Source: an uncultured Amphritea sp.
GTDB lineage: Bacteria; Pseudomonadota; Gammaproteobacteria; Pseudomonadales; Balneatricaceae
DNA: 64,000 bases
NCBI GenBank assembly: GCA_965140695.1
Contig: OZ223297.1
Location: forward strand, 2,218,325 to 2,282,324
Direction: 5' to 3'
Shown: one piece after another, positions 41,304 through 53,474 of the stretch
Layout of the letters: each line of letters starts with the position of its first letter
Position numbering within the stretch: the stretch's first letter is position 1
The notes under the pieces: generated by a model
Database searches by the model: none
Told to the model about the DNA's origin: nothing
Seen by the model: only the letters and a program-made list of their open reading frames with translations
Translations under genes and position numbers: made by a program

Positions 41304-42776
41304 TCAGACCTTCTCAATTTGACTTTTAGCTTTCTTGCGGGCTGCTGCTTTCGCTGCCTTTTCCGCTTTAGCAGCGGCTTTCGCTGCGGCCTCTTTTTCC
41401 TGACGTGCCATGCGTGCCTCAGAAAGCGATTTGGTGAGTTCCCCTTTTCTGGCCTGAATCTGATTCTCACGATGCTTGCCTTTGGCAAACTGGAAGTAGT
41501 GCACCAGAGGGATATGAGAGGGGCACACATAGGCGCATGAACCACACAGAATGCAATCTTTCAGGCCGAATTCGTTGGCTCCGTCGTAGTCGTCTGCCCG
41601 GGAGTGGCGAGCCATCTCCAGCGGTAACAGGCCCATGGGGCAAGCCTGAACACAGCTACCGCAGCGAATACAGGGAGAGACATCCGCAGAGTTAATCTCC
41701 TCCTCTGTGAGTGCCAGTATTGCGCTGGCGCCTTTCGTTATCGGCACCCCGGTATTGGGAAGAATCTGGCCCATCATCGGCCCACCCATCAGCATCCGGG
41801 CAGGTGTTGAGGCCAGCCCACCGCTCTGTTCCAGCACCCACTGTACCGGCGTGCCAATCAGTACTTCGACATTCTGAGGTGTTTCAAGAGACTGTCCTGA
41901 AAGTGTTACCACCCGGGATATCAGCGGGCGTGACTGATAGATGGCCTGATGCACCGCAAATGAGGTGGCGACGTTGTGAACCAGCACGCCGATATCGGAA
42001 CTGCGACCGCCGGTCGGCACTTCCTGGCCGGTAATGATTTTGATCAGTTGCTTGGCGGAGCCCATCGGATAACGGGTTGGAATCACGCGGATCTCTACAT
42101 TGTCATACGCCTGGGCGGCATCCTGCATCGCTCTGATCGCTTGAGGTTTGTTGTCTTCTATACCGGCGATAATTTTTTCCGCATTAATCGCTCTCAGGAT
42201 AAGCCGGGCACCACTGATGATCTCGACTGCACGTTCACACATCAGCATATCGTCACAGGTGAGATAAGGCTCACATTCGCTGCCGTTCAGGATCAGGGTA
42301 TGAACATTTTGCCGGGAACCCGCTTTCAGTTTCAGGGCGGCGGGATAGGTGGCGCCACCCAGTCCGACAATACCGGCGCTATCTACCAGATCAGCGATCG
42401 CTTCAGCGCTCAGATGGTCTGGATCAAGCCTGTTTTCCGGGAGATAAGCGGTATCCAGTCCATCGGGTTCAATATGAATCGCATCGTAGCTCAGAAGAGA
42501 GGGGTGGGGGGCCTGAATCTGACCAATACCCAGAACCTTTCCTGATGTTGGCGCATGGATAGAGGCGGAGCGGTCACCGGCGTTGCTACCGATCAGCTCA
42601 CCTTTTAAGACATGCTGGCCCGCTTCAACCACGGGGATGGCCGGTGAACCCGCATGCTGACTGAGCGGAATCGACAGCAGGGGGGGGATGCCCAATACCC
42701 GGATCGGTTTGTCGGTACTCTGCTCTTTACGCTCATCGGCGTGAACGCCGCCCCGGACTTTAAATTTCATCAACAT
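41304..42776 (-). CDS. rnfC: Rnf complex subunit C
   Basis: GIVGLGGATYP, NGSECEPY, CIRCGSCVQACP and CILCGSCAYVCP motifs. Confidence 0.94.
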   Translation of the reverse strand: MLMKFKVRGGVHADERKEQSTDKPIRVLGIPPLLSIPLSQHAGSPAIPVVEAGQHVLKGELIGSNAGDRSASIHAPTSGKVLGIGQIQAPHPSLLSYDAIHIEPDGLDTAYLPENRLDPDHLSAEAIADLVDSAGIVGLGGATYPAALKLKAGSRQNVHTLILNGSECEPYLTCDDMLMCERAVEIISGARLILRAINAEKIIAGIEDNKPQAIRAMQDAAQAYDNVEIRVIPTRYPMGSAKQLIKIITGQEVPTGGRSSDIGVLVHNVATSFAVHQAIYQSRPLISRVVTLSGQSLETPQNVEVLIGTPVQWVLEQSGGLASTPARMLMGGPMMGQILPNTGVPITKGASAILALTEEEINSADVSPCIRCGSCVQACPMGLLPLEMARHSRADDYDGANEFGLKDCILCGSCAYVCPSHIPLVHYFQFAKGKHRENQIQARKGELTKSLSEARMARQEKEAAAKAAAKAEKAAKAAARKKAKSQIEKV

Positions 42777-42780
42777 CGTT

Positions 42781-43305
42781 TTATACCACGGCAGGTTTAG
42801 GCCAGTGCCAGTTACTCAGCGTTTCCTCTTCCTGATGCAGTGATATGCAGTCTTCAGGGCAGGCAGTAACGCATTTTCCGCAGCCGGTACAGGCTTCCTT
42901 AAATACGTAATGAAGCTGCTTATTAGCACCCACGATGGCATCGGTAGGACAAACTCTGAAGCAACGGCAGCAACCTGTGCAGAGAGATTCCTGAACAGAA
43001 GCGGTCAGGGGGACTGAAGAAAGGTCGCTCAGATCCGCAGTGACACCCAGCTTCGCGGCAAGGCTTTTGGCCAGTACCTGTCCACCGGGAGGGCAGCAGG
43101 TGACTTCCGCTTCACCATTGACCATCGCTTCTGCTGCACCACCGCAGCCCGTAAATCCACACTGGCCACAGTGTGTGCCGGGCAACATGGATTCGACATC
43201 TTTAATAAGCGGGTCTTCCTCGACGGCAAACACCTTGTCGGCATAACCCAGAATAAAACCCAGTATTAATCCCAGGGAGGTCAGTACTGCGATAGTCAGA
43301 AACAT
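42781..43305 (-). CDS. rnfB: Rnf complex subunit B
   Basis: LPGTHCGQCGFTGC plus two ferredoxin motifs. Confidence 0.93.
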   Translation of the reverse strand: MFLTIAVLTSLGLILGFILGYADKVFAVEEDPLIKDVESMLPGTHCGQCGFTGCGGAAEAMVNGEAEVTCCPPGGQVLAKSLAAKLGVTADLSDLSSVPLTASVQESLCTGCCRCFRVCPTDAIVGANKQLHYVFKEACTGCGKCVTACPEDCISLHQEEETLSNWHWPKPAVV

Positions 43306-43383
43306 AATATTTACCCTTCTAAGCTATGGTTAAAAACGACGATTCTCATTGCGTTAATCGCTGTCAGTTCAGGGGTGGCGGGT

Positions 43384-43959
43384 TTATACCAAGCCGCCAA
43401 ACCCCATAAAAATCATTGAAAGAATGCCCGCGGTGACTAATGCAACCGGGGTGCCTGCAAACGTTGCCGGGACTTCCGACAACGCCAGACGTTCCCGCAG
43501 TCCGGCAAACATAATCAGCACCAGTGAGAAACCGATGGAGGCGCCGATGCCGTAGGTCATGCTCTCGATAAAGCTGAACCCTTCACTGATATTGATCAGC
43601 GCGACACCCAGTACGGCACAGTTGGTGGTGATCAGTGGCAGGAATATGCCCAGCGTCCGGTGTAACAGAGGACTGCTCTTTTTGATCATCATTTCGGTGA
43701 ACTGGACGACCGCGGCGACTACCAGAATGAAACAGATGATTCTCAGGAACTGAAGGTTGAGGGGTTCAAGCACATAGTGTTCGATTAGCCAGCCGGACAT
43801 ACATGACAGTGTCAGGACAAACGTTGTGGCAACTCCCATACCGGTTGCGGTGCTGAATTTATTGGATACACCCATCAGAGGACATAGCCCCAGAAACTTC
43901 ACCAGGACAACGTTGTTTACCAGTACCGTACCGATCAGCAGTGTGATTAATTCCATCAT
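43384..43959 (-). CDS. rnfA: Rnf complex subunit A
   Basis: FLGLCP and [12 protein letters not shown] motifs. Confidence 0.94.
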   Translation of the reverse strand: MMELITLLIGTVLVNNVVLVKFLGLCPLMGVSNKFSTATGMGVATTFVLTLSCMSGWLIEHYVLEPLNLQFLRIICFILVVAAVVQFTEMMIKKSSPLLHRTLGIFLPLITTNCAVLGVALINISEGFSFIESMTYGIGASIGFSLVLIMFAGLRERLALSEVPATFAGTPVALVTAGILSMIFMGFGGLV

Positions 43960-43992
43960 TTAACCTCAACAAAAATACGCTGATATGTCGGC

Positions 43993-44235
43993 TGCATTAA
44001 CTATGCCATTATTAAGTTACTGATTTATATAGATTTGATTGAATGTCAGACTGTGCGAATCGCAACAATGTTGAAAACATGACATCGGTTTTGTCGGCTG
44101 AGGCTGATGTAAGGTTTACGACAAAAATGCTTATAGTCTGACCAGTAATGGTGCAATTTTTGTAGGGTTATTGAGGCGCTTCTGGCTTCAGACTGCGCTA
44201 TATCAGCAAACCCCGGTCATGGCTTGGTTATTGCA
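43993..44235. promoter_or_regulatory. Divergent rnf/nifL control region: sigma54 sites 43993-44008 (-) and 44220-44235 (+); NifA sites 44052-44067, 44069-44084, 44108-44123
   Basis: TGGCATAGTTAATGCA (-), TGGCTTGGTTATTGCA (+), three TGT-N10-ACA. Confidence 0.85.
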
Positions 44236-44256
44236 AAACAGGTTTAAGCGGTTTGA

Positions 44257-45864
<1,608 letters not shown>

Positions 45865-45870
45865 TGGGGA

Positions 45871-47496
45871 GTGATGATGTTGAATAGTGCCGCCACCCGA
45901 ACAGAACTATTTGAGCGCCAGCTGTGTGTGCTGGATAAAATTTGCTGGGCGTTAACCCGTTCATTAGACCTGAACCCCAGTTTAGATGAAGTATTGAAAA
46001 TCCTGCATAACGAAGCAGAGATGAAAAACGGCCTGATCGCACTTAAAGATTATGAGATGGAGAATCTTTTTATCAGTGCAGTACACAGTGATTCTGATGA
46101 TGTACAGCGAGCTAAAGAAGCCGCTCGTTATCAGCAGGGAGAGGGGCTGGTTGGCTCAATCCTGAAAACCCAAAGTTCACTGGTATTGCCCAATCTGGCC
46201 AATGAACAGCGCTTTCTGGACCGGCTGGAGCTGTTTGAACTGAGTCTGCCCTTTATCGGCGTACCGGTTAAAGACCATAAGGGTGAGGTGGTAGGGGTGC
46301 TGGCTGCACAGCCAACCTCAGACCCGCAACGTTTTCTTGCCGAAGAGTGTCGCTTTCTCAACATGATCGCCAACTTGCTGGCGCAGTTACTGCGTCTGCT
46401 GGGCGAGGTGGAAAACCAGCAGCAGCAACTCACCGATGAACGTGACGAACTCAGGCGGCGAGTCCGGGGTAAATTTGGCTTTGAGAACCTGATGGTGGGG
46501 CATACACCGACCATGGTGCGGATGTTTGAACAGATCCGTCGGGTGTCCAAATGGGATACCACCGTGCTGCTGCGGGGTGAGTCGGGTACCGGTAAAGAGT
46601 TAGTGGCCAGCGCGATTCACTATAACTCGCCCCGGGCGCACAATAGTTTTATCCGTCTGAACTGTGCCACCCTGCCTGAAAACCTGCTGGAATCTGAACT
46701 CTTCGGTCACGAGAAGGGCGCATTTACCGGCGCCACCCGTACCCGTCAGGGACGTTTTGAACAGGCTGATAAAGGCACGTTGTTTCTCGATGAAATTGGT
46801 GAGATCTCACCGATGTTTCAGGCCAAACTACTGCGCGTATTGCAGGAGGGGGAGTTTGAACGGGTCGGTGGTAATAAAACCATCTCCGTGCAGGTGCGCA
46901 TTGTTGCGGCGACCAACCGCAATCTGGAACAGGAGGTGCGGGATGGTAATTTCCGCGAAGACCTCTATTACCGGCTGAATATTATGCCGATCAATCTGCC
47001 ACCACTGCGGGAGCGGATTGAAGATGTTCCCGAGTTGGTGAACTTTTTGCTGGATAAAATTAGTAAATCTCAGGGGCGACCGCTGGATATCAGCAAAAAT
47101 GCGGTACGCAAACTGATGACACACGCCTGGCCGGGTAACGTCCGGGAACTGGAAAATACCCTGGAGCGTGCCTCGATTATGGCGGAAGAGGGGGTCATTG
47201 AAGAGAATGATTTCTCCTTTAACAGTGCCGAACTGATGGGTGGCAACTACACACCAATCGCCTCTCAGGTGGCACCACAGATTGTCCCGCCTACAGCGCA
47301 TCTGCCAAAAGAGGAGTCTTCCACTGAGTTCACCGACTCAGGGGGTGATCCAGATATGGATGAGCGCCGCCAGGTGATTGCTGCGCTGGAGCAAGCGGGT
47401 TGGGTGCAGGCAAAAGCCGCCCGGTTGCTGAATATGACGCCGCGTCAGATCGCCTATCGGATTCAGACCATGAATATTGAGGTGAGAAAGCTTTAG
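45871..47496 (+). CDS. nifA: nif-specific sigma54 activator NifA
   Basis: GAF domain, GESGTGKE, GAFTGA, and C-terminal HTH WVQAKAARLLNMTPRQIAYRI. Confidence 0.96.
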   Translation: MMMLNSAATRTELFERQLCVLDKICWALTRSLDLNPSLDEVLKILHNEAEMKNGLIALKDYEMENLFISAVHSDSDDVQRAKEAARYQQGEGLVGSILKTQSSLVLPNLANEQRFLDRLELFELSLPFIGVPVKDHKGEVVGVLAAQPTSDPQRFLAEECRFLNMIANLLAQLLRLLGEVENQQQQLTDERDELRRRVRGKFGFENLMVGHTPTMVRMFEQIRRVSKWDTTVLLRGESGTGKELVASAIHYNSPRAHNSFIRLNCATLPENLLESELFGHEKGAFTGATRTRQGRFEQADKGTLFLDEIGEISPMFQAKLLRVLQEGEFERVGGNKTISVQVRIVAATNRNLEQEVRDGNFREDLYYRLNIMPINLPPLRERIEDVPELVNFLLDKISKSQGRPLDISKNAVRKLMTHAWPGNVRELENTLERASIMAEEGVIEENDFSFNSAELMGGNYTPIASQVAPQIVPPTAHLPKEESSTEFTDSGGDPDMDERRQVIAALEQAGWVQAKAARLLNMTPRQIAYRIQTMNIEVRKL

Positions 47497-47854
47497 CATA
47501 TAGCGGGTTGCGCAGCTTTCTATGCGATGTATGAAGCTTTGGCTTGCCTGCCAAAGCTCTCATACTCTCATCTGTAACCATTATGGGATATGCAATCTAA
47601 CCTTCCTCTTTTTACTACAGGTAAAATCCACATTTACAGGTATTCTGTGAGTCGCTGTAATCGATCTCTGAAAGTTATGTTTTTGCTTATTATATTCGCC
47701 GGCAAGGTCTCTGTATGCCTGGAAGAACAGGCTTTGATAGTGGCTGTTAAATCATGAAGGTTATCGCGAGCGTATATTTCATATCGTTATGCCATTTGAA
47801 ACGGTAGCGATGTGCTACCAGGCTTAATGTTGAACGTATTAAAAGGTGATCTGA

Positions 47855-48622
47855 ATGGCAGAACAGCCGCAAACCTGTGAGCGAAAATCCTGCAGCCAAT
47901 GTGCCGATGAACACTGCCTGGACTTTGATTTCACCATGGCGTTTCAGCCGATAGTCAATTGTAGTGATCAGAGTATTTATGGCTACGAGGCGTTAGTACG
48001 TGGTCTGAATAATGAATCAGCCTACTCCATTATATCCCGGGTAAATAATGATAATCGCTATATCTTTGACCAGCTTTGCCGGGTAAAGGCGATCGCCCTG
48101 GCAGCAAAGCTGAACATTCGTTCGGTGCTGAGTATCAACTTTCTGCCCAATGCTATCTATCAGCCAGAACGCTGTATTCGCACGACATTTGAAGCCGCCA
48201 AAAAATATAATTTTCCCACTGAACGGATTATGTTTGAGTTCACCGAAGTGGAGAAGATTGAAGATAGTAATCATATTAAGCGAATTGTTGAGTGCTATCA
48301 TTCGCTTGGCTTCAAAACTGCGACGGATGATTTTGGTTCAGGGCATTCCGGGCTTAACTTATTAGCCGACTTTCAGACCGATATTGTTAAGCTGGATATG
48401 GCACTGATCCGGGATATCGACACCGATAAAGTCCGACGGACGATTGTTACCCACTGTTTACATATCTTCCGCGATCTGAATATCACGCCCCTGGCCGAGG
48501 GTATTGAAACGGTTGCCGAATACCGTTGGTTAAGGGATGCCGGGGTGATATTAATGCAGGGCTATCTGTTTGCCAGACCTGGCTTTGAAAGCTTGCCGGC
48601 TGTTCATTTTGAAGGGTTCTAG
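47855..48622 (+). CDS. Stand-alone EAL c-di-GMP phosphodiesterase
   Basis: YEAL, SINF, EFTE, DDFGSG, VKLD and AEGIET motifs; Cys-rich N-terminus. Confidence 0.9.
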   Translation: MAEQPQTCERKSCSQCADEHCLDFDFTMAFQPIVNCSDQSIYGYEALVRGLNNESAYSIISRVNNDNRYIFDQLCRVKAIALAAKLNIRSVLSINFLPNAIYQPERCIRTTFEAAKKYNFPTERIMFEFTEVEKIEDSNHIKRIVECYHSLGFKTATDDFGSGHSGLNLLADFQTDIVKLDMALIRDIDTDKVRRTIVTHCLHIFRDLNITPLAEGIETVAEYRWLRDAGVILMQGYLFARPGFESLPAVHFEGF

Positions 48623-48757
48623 TCGAGTGAAAAAAAGCGGTTTAAGCGGTTCTGAAATAGTTTTTTTACCCCTGAAGGGGCGGTTTGGCATAAAGATCCC
48701 CTGAATAGGCGAAAGAATGTTATAATGCTCCGCCACTACTCAAATGGAGCTATTCTT

Positions 48758-48934
48758 ATGGCAGTAAAATCTAAAAAAGCAGCGGCAAGCCAGACTCATG
48801 ATTCGATCGCTGAACAGACTGCCGCTTTTCTTAAAGCGGGTGGTGAGATTCAGAAAATCGATAAAGGGGTGTCTGGCCGTGAGAATAACGGTGGCCCACG
48901 GCATATCGTATTAGGCAAGCCCCAGGCCAGATAA
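48758..48934 (+). CDS. Small hypothetical protein
   Basis: 58 aa with GGAG RBS; AAFLKAGGEIQ..GVSG pattern. Confidence 0.65.
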   Translation: MAVKSKKAAASQTHDSIAEQTAAFLKAGGEIQKIDKGVSGRENNGGPRHIVLGKPQAR

Positions 48935-49147
48935 CAATATCAGCAGATGACATTTATTGCGCTCAGTAAAACAGAGCGCCGTCATTTTATAAATATCCTG
49001 CTAATTTCGTTCGTAGTTTAACCTGACCCTATCTGTCCCTCCTTCTCCCTGGGCGACGGCTGCTTGCCGACTGCTGATATTTTCGGCGGTGTAAGGCAAT
49101 TTTTTATACACTCAATCGTACTCACCCACACACTGGATATTTTATTA

Positions 49148-49357
49148 ATGACGACTAAAGCGTTTACCCTGCAGCGAATATGTAACTTTGCGGGCAAAGA
49201 GTTTGATCCCGGTTCCGACCAACAGGTGAATGAAGTTCTGCGTAATAAGTTCAACATATCACTTCCCCAGCGCCGCACCATGAATGATGCGATGGAAGCC
49301 GTCTGCAGTGACCATGATATTATCGCCCTGATTTTGCAGTACCGGACAATGGCGTGA
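49148..49357 (+). CDS. Small protein resembling the DNA polymerase I thumb subdomain
   Basis: AGKEFDPGSDQQV..VL...HDIIALILQYR versus PolA AG.EFN..SPKQL..IL...HP...LILEYR (pattern recalled, not searched). Confidence 0.5.
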   Translation: MTTKAFTLQRICNFAGKEFDPGSDQQVNEVLRNKFNISLPQRRTMNDAMEAVCSDHDIIALILQYRTMA

Positions 49358-49618
49358 TTTAAGCTAAAACGTCACTGCAGATGATTTTCTTACCCCTGGC
49401 TGCATTGCTGCCAGAAAGCTATTTTCTGATTGTTGCTCAGGATTATGATCTGTGTATCCGTTGAATGATCTCTTCTTTATCGACGCGATAGTTCTGCTGC
49501 TGGCCTGTTCGCCCATCCCTGACCTCCCGGGTCTTTGCGTATTCACCAGTAACGATAAGCAGCGAAAGAATCCTCCGCGGCCCTCTTTTTATTTGCGTGT
49601 CCTGCCTGTCTGAGTGAA

Positions 49619-49733
49619 TGTAGCAGACCTGACAATCCGCTCTCATCTGTTCATATTATGACAAAAAAATCTCCTTTGGTTTTTACTAAATTCTTTTAAA
49701 TTCAACGATATAGTTAATGGCGCGCGGTTTGCA
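49619..49733 (+). promoter_or_regulatory. NifA sites (49619-49634, 49648-49663) and sigma54 promoter (49718-49733) for nifB
   Basis: TGT-AGCAGACCTG-ACA, TGT-TCATATTATG-ACA, TGGCGCGCGGTTTGCA. Confidence 0.85.
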
Positions 49734-49795
49734 AAGGTTTCTCCATAGTAACTGAATCTGATTGATAGCCCTGGGGCTGCAGAGGAGAAACACTG

Positions 49796-51304
49796 ATGGA
49801 ATTGAACGTCTTAAATGCTGATCAGGCTGCGGCCTCCGCCGAAGGTTGTAGCGCCAGTGCCTGTGGCAGCAGCAATGATCAAATGAGTCACCTGCCTGAT
49901 TCAATCCGTGAGAAGGTGCAGAATCATCCCTGCTATTCAGAGGAAGCCCATCACTACTTTGCCCGTATGCATGTGGCGGTGGCGCCCGCCTGTAATATTC
50001 AGTGTCACTACTGTAACCGCAAATACGATTGTGCCAATGAGTCCCGTCCCGGCGTGGTATCTGAACTGTTAACCCCGGATCAGGCGGTGAAGAAAACCAA
50101 AGCGGTGGCGGCCAATATTCCGCAGATGACAGTGCTGGGCATTGCTGGCCCCGGTGATCCGCTGGCGAACCCTGAGCGCACCTTTGAGACCTTCCGTCGA
50201 CTGAGTGCGGAAGCGCCGGATATCAAACTCTGTGTCTCGACTAATGGTCTGACACTGCCGATGCATGTAGAAGAACTCTCCAGACATAACATCGATCACG
50301 TCACCATCACCATCAACTGCATCGACCCGGACGTCGGGGCAAAAATCTATCCCTGGATCTATTGGAACAACCGTCGGGTACGGGGTAAAGCCGCTGCCAA
50401 AATTCTTATTCAACAGCAGCAGAAAGGTCTGGAAATGCTGGTGGCCAAAGGGATTCTGGTCAAGGTGAACTCGGTGCTGATCCCCGGGGTAAACGATGAA
50501 CACCTGAAAGTGGTGAGTAAGATTGTTAAAGAGAAAGGCGCCTTCCTGCACAACGTGATGCCGCTGATCGCTGAAGAGGAACATGGCACCTTTTATGGTG
50601 TGATGGGACAGCGCGGGCCTTCTGATGAAGAGCTGCAGGACCTGCAGGATGCCTGTTCCGGCGATATGAATATGATGCGTCACTGCCGTCAGTGCCGTGC
50701 CGATGCGGTGGGCATGCTGGGAGAGGACCGGGGTTCTGAGTTTACCCTGGACAAGATCGAAACGATGGATATCGATTACGATGCCGCCATGAAAACCCGC
50801 GCGATTGTGCATAAAGGTATTGAAGCTGAGCTGGCTGAGAAGCAGCAGAAGCGGGCACGGCTGGCGGGTGTAAAAGTGCCATCGGGTCCGGTGGCGCTCA
50901 ACAAGAGTTTTCGTCCGGTACTGATGGCCGTAGCGACCAGTGGTGGTGGGGTGATTAACCAGCATTTTGGTCATGCGACTGAGTTTCTTGTCTACGAAGC
51001 GTCTGGTAACGGGGTGCGTTTTATCGGTCACCGTAAGGTAGATCAGTACTGTATCGGCAACGATACCTGTGGTGAGAAAGAGAGCGCGCTGGCGGGCAGC
51101 ATCCGGGCGCTGTCCGGCTGTGAAGCGGTACTCTGTTCTAAGATCGGTTATGAACCATGGGGTCTGCTGGAGGACGCCGGTATTGCACCGAACGGTGAGT
51201 ACGCCATGGAACCGATTGAAGAGGCGGTGATGTCGGTGTATCAGGAGATGATCACCGCAGGCAAGCTGGACGATAAAACCGGGCTGAAACGGGCAGAAGT
51301 GTAA
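49796..51304 (+). CDS. nifB: FeMo-cofactor biosynthesis radical SAM protein with NifX-like C-terminal domain
   Basis: HPCYS, CNIQCHYCNR, AGPGDPLAN, MRHCRQCRADA and NQHFGHA motifs. Confidence 0.97.
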   Translation: MELNVLNADQAAASAEGCSASACGSSNDQMSHLPDSIREKVQNHPCYSEEAHHYFARMHVAVAPACNIQCHYCNRKYDCANESRPGVVSELLTPDQAVKKTKAVAANIPQMTVLGIAGPGDPLANPERTFETFRRLSAEAPDIKLCVSTNGLTLPMHVEELSRHNIDHVTITINCIDPDVGAKIYPWIYWNNRRVRGKAAAKILIQQQQKGLEMLVAKGILVKVNSVLIPGVNDEHLKVVSKIVKEKGAFLHNVMPLIAEEEHGTFYGVMGQRGPSDEELQDLQDACSGDMNMMRHCRQCRADAVGMLGEDRGSEFTLDKIETMDIDYDAAMKTRAIVHKGIEAELAEKQQKRARLAGVKVPSGPVALNKSFRPVLMAVATSGGGVINQHFGHATEFLVYEASGNGVRFIGHRKVDQYCIGNDTCGEKESALAGSIRALSGCEAVLCSKIGYEPWGLLEDAGIAPNGEYAMEPIEEAVMSVYQEMITAGKLDDKTGLKRAEV

Positions 51305-51314
51305 GGAGATTACG

Positions 51315-51593
51315 ATGGCTTTAAGTATTGTAGCAAGCTGTGTTAACTGCTGGGCCTGTCTTGATGTCTGCCCCAGTGATGCGATCGTCAGTGCTGAACC
51401 GCACTTCCTGATCGAGAGTAAGAACTGCACCGAATGTGACGGTGATTATGCCGATCCGCAATGTGCCAGTATCTGTCCGATTGAGGGGGCGATTCTCAAC
51501 TCTTTTGGCGACCCGATCAACCCGGAAGGTTCTCTGACCGGTATTAAGCCAGAGCTGAAGGAGGATGCGCTGAAAGAGATTCAGGCGCGTTAA
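51315..51593 (+). CDS. fdxN: nif 2[4Fe-4S] ferredoxin
   Basis: CVNCWACLDVCP and CTECDG..PQCASICP motifs. Confidence 0.9.
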   Translation: MALSIVASCVNCWACLDVCPSDAIVSAEPHFLIESKNCTECDGDYADPQCASICPIEGAILNSFGDPINPEGSLTGIKPELKEDALKEIQAR

Positions 51594-51597
51594 CGCT

Positions 51598-52011
51598 ATG
51601 GCAACGGTGATCTTCTACGAAAAGCCGGGCTGTATTAACAACACCCGGCAGAAAAAATTGTTGCAGACTGCCGGGCATCAGGTGGATGAGCGCAATCTGT
51701 TAACGCACCCCTGGGACACAGTCAGTCTGAGCCGTTTTTTGCACCCTGAAACTCGGGATAGCTGGCTGAACAGCACCCATCCGGGTCTGAAATCAGGCGA
51801 TCTGGAGCTGGATCTGAACCGGCCCGAAGAGGTGCTGGCAGCGATGTGTCACGACCCGTTGCTGATTCGGCGACCGCTGATGGAGATTGATGGCCACTGT
51901 TTGCAGGGGTTTGATGCAGCGCTGCTGGATCAGTTGATCGGTTTAAGCGTAATGCCCGATGGGGATATCGAAACCTGTCCCCGCAGTCAGCACGCCACAG
52001 CGTGTCAATAG
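51598..52011 (+). CDS. nifO: ArsC-family nitrogenase-associated protein
   Basis: FYEKPGCINN..QK and PLLIRRPL motifs; synteny nifB-fdxN-nifO-nifQ. Confidence 0.85.
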   Translation: MATVIFYEKPGCINNTRQKKLLQTAGHQVDERNLLTHPWDTVSLSRFLHPETRDSWLNSTHPGLKSGDLELDLNRPEEVLAAMCHDPLLIRRPLMEIDGHCLQGFDAALLDQLIGLSVMPDGDIETCPRSQHATACQ

Positions 52012-52062
52012 GGCGAGTAAAAAGGACGTGTAAATTAGCCGGGGTAAGAAGAAAGGTGCGAT

Positions 52063-52668
52063 ATGTTAATGCAAGCAGCCCAACCTCAGCTGCCTGAGGA
52101 ACACTATACAGCGCTGTTGGACGTTATTGGCAGTGCAGAGGCAGATCGATATCTGATCCGCCTGATTCTGGCCGCCCGGGAGGGGCGAGGTTGTCTGCCG
52201 TTGCATCTGGGTCTGGGAGAGCGCAGTTTTGAGGCATTGATCGACCGTTCGTTTTCAGAGATGCAGCGCTGGTTTATTCTGCATATCCGGGTACCGGTGG
52301 CGGTGATTGAACGCAGCGAAACCCGCAATGAACTGCTGAGTTTACGCCAGGATGAGCAGCAGGAACTAACCGCGCTGCTTGAACAGTATCGCAATCCGGA
52401 GGTTGATCCGGTGCTGTCTGTGATTATCGCGACTGGCTGTCTGGGAGGCGATCACCTCTGGCGCGACCTGGGTTTTGACAACCGGGACTGGCTGTCGGAG
52501 ATGATGGCAGTGGCTTATCCAGAGCTGAAAGCAAAAAATTCAAAGGATATGAAGTGGAAACGGTTTCTCTATAAACAGCTATGTGAAACCGGTGGCCACT
52601 ATGTCTGTCGCGCACCCAGCTGTGAAGAGTGCGCCACCTATGCGGACTGTTTCGGGCCAGAGGTCTGA
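52063..52668 (+). CDS. nifQ: Molybdenum donor NifQ
   Basis: HLWRDLG, MKWKRFLYKQLC and CRAPSCEECATYADCFG motifs. Confidence 0.95.
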   Translation: MLMQAAQPQLPEEHYTALLDVIGSAEADRYLIRLILAAREGRGCLPLHLGLGERSFEALIDRSFSEMQRWFILHIRVPVAVIERSETRNELLSLRQDEQQELTALLEQYRNPEVDPVLSVIIATGCLGGDHLWRDLGFDNRDWLSEMMAVAYPELKAKNSKDMKWKRFLYKQLCETGGHYVCRAPSCEECATYADCFGPEV

Positions 52669-52671
52669 ACA

Positions 52672-53108
52672 GTGGACAGCCTGATGCAGGGCGGTGCCGG
52701 CATACAGCAAGATGATCTTTTAGATGATCTGTTAGAACCCCTGCTGGCCTACCATCAGCTATCGAAACATCACCTGCGGTGGATATTCCGATCCCCCGTA
52801 GCTTGTTATCACCGCTCTGCGGACTTAACCGGCCGGAATATGCGGAGGTCGAGCAGGAATATCCTCAATGGGTATGTCAGCTTCACTTCAGCTATTCAGA
52901 AAACGCTAAGGCCGATCTTCATTCCACCGCTCAGGGCTATAGCGGTACCGGCATCGGGTGTTTTTACGATGACGCTATCTATGAACTGACCGGGCTGAAA
53001 AGCCAAAGCTTACAGGCGCTATATGGCTTTGCGGTGGGTGAGCCGCTACGCGATGAGCGGATCACCCAATTAACCGGTTATTACCATCTGCGGGAGCGAT
53101 TTGTATGA
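52672..53108 (+). pseudogene. Deleted remnant of a SagB/nitroreductase-family gene
   Basis: N-terminal YHQLSKHHL in one frame and C-terminal GTGIGCFYDD..L.GL...QALY.FAVG in another; only 437 bp in total. Confidence 0.6.
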
Positions 53109-53419
53109 CACAGGTGCAACAGATTTCAATTCAGCAAGCTGAAGCGCTGCTGGCAAGTGAGGATGTGCTGCTACTGGATTCAAGAGACCAGCGGGATTAC
53201 ATGAGCAGCCACCATCCGAAAGCGATGCTACTGGGTGAGCATAATCAGGAATATCTGCTGATGAAGACACCGAAAGAGCGTCCGGTGATGGTCTATTGCT
53301 ATCTCGGTCATGCCAGCATTGAGACAGCGAAGATGTTTGCTGATTTCGGTTTTCAGCAGTGCTACAGCGTCGAGGGTGGATTCACCGCCTGGAAAAAGCA
53401 GCTCACGGCTGAGGTTTAA
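53105..53419 (+). CDS. Single-domain rhodanese (GlpE-like; RhdN position)
   Basis: LLDSRD, VYCYLGHAS and SVEGGFTAW motifs. Confidence 0.88.
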   Translation: MTQVQQISIQQAEALLASEDVLLLDSRDQRDYMSSHHPKAMLLGEHNQEYLLMKTPKERPVMVYCYLGHASIETAKMFADFGFQQCYSVEGGFTAWKKQLTAEV

Positions 53420-53474
53420 AAAGACTATCTGACCAGGAGCACCTGACCAGAAGCATCTGAACAGGAGAGGGACG

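Noticed and set aside
41304-41420. Ala/Lys-rich low-complexity repeat at the RnfC C-terminus
   Set aside because: Ordinary feature of RnfC tails
49443-49646. Minus-strand ORF faintly like an anticodon-binding domain
   Set aside because: Overlaps the nifB NifA sites, no RBS, similarity too weak
50069-51430. Long antisense ORFs (453 aa opposite nifB; similar ones opposite clpX, nifM and rnfC)
   Set aside because: Shadow frames of well-supported genes, with no motifs or RBS
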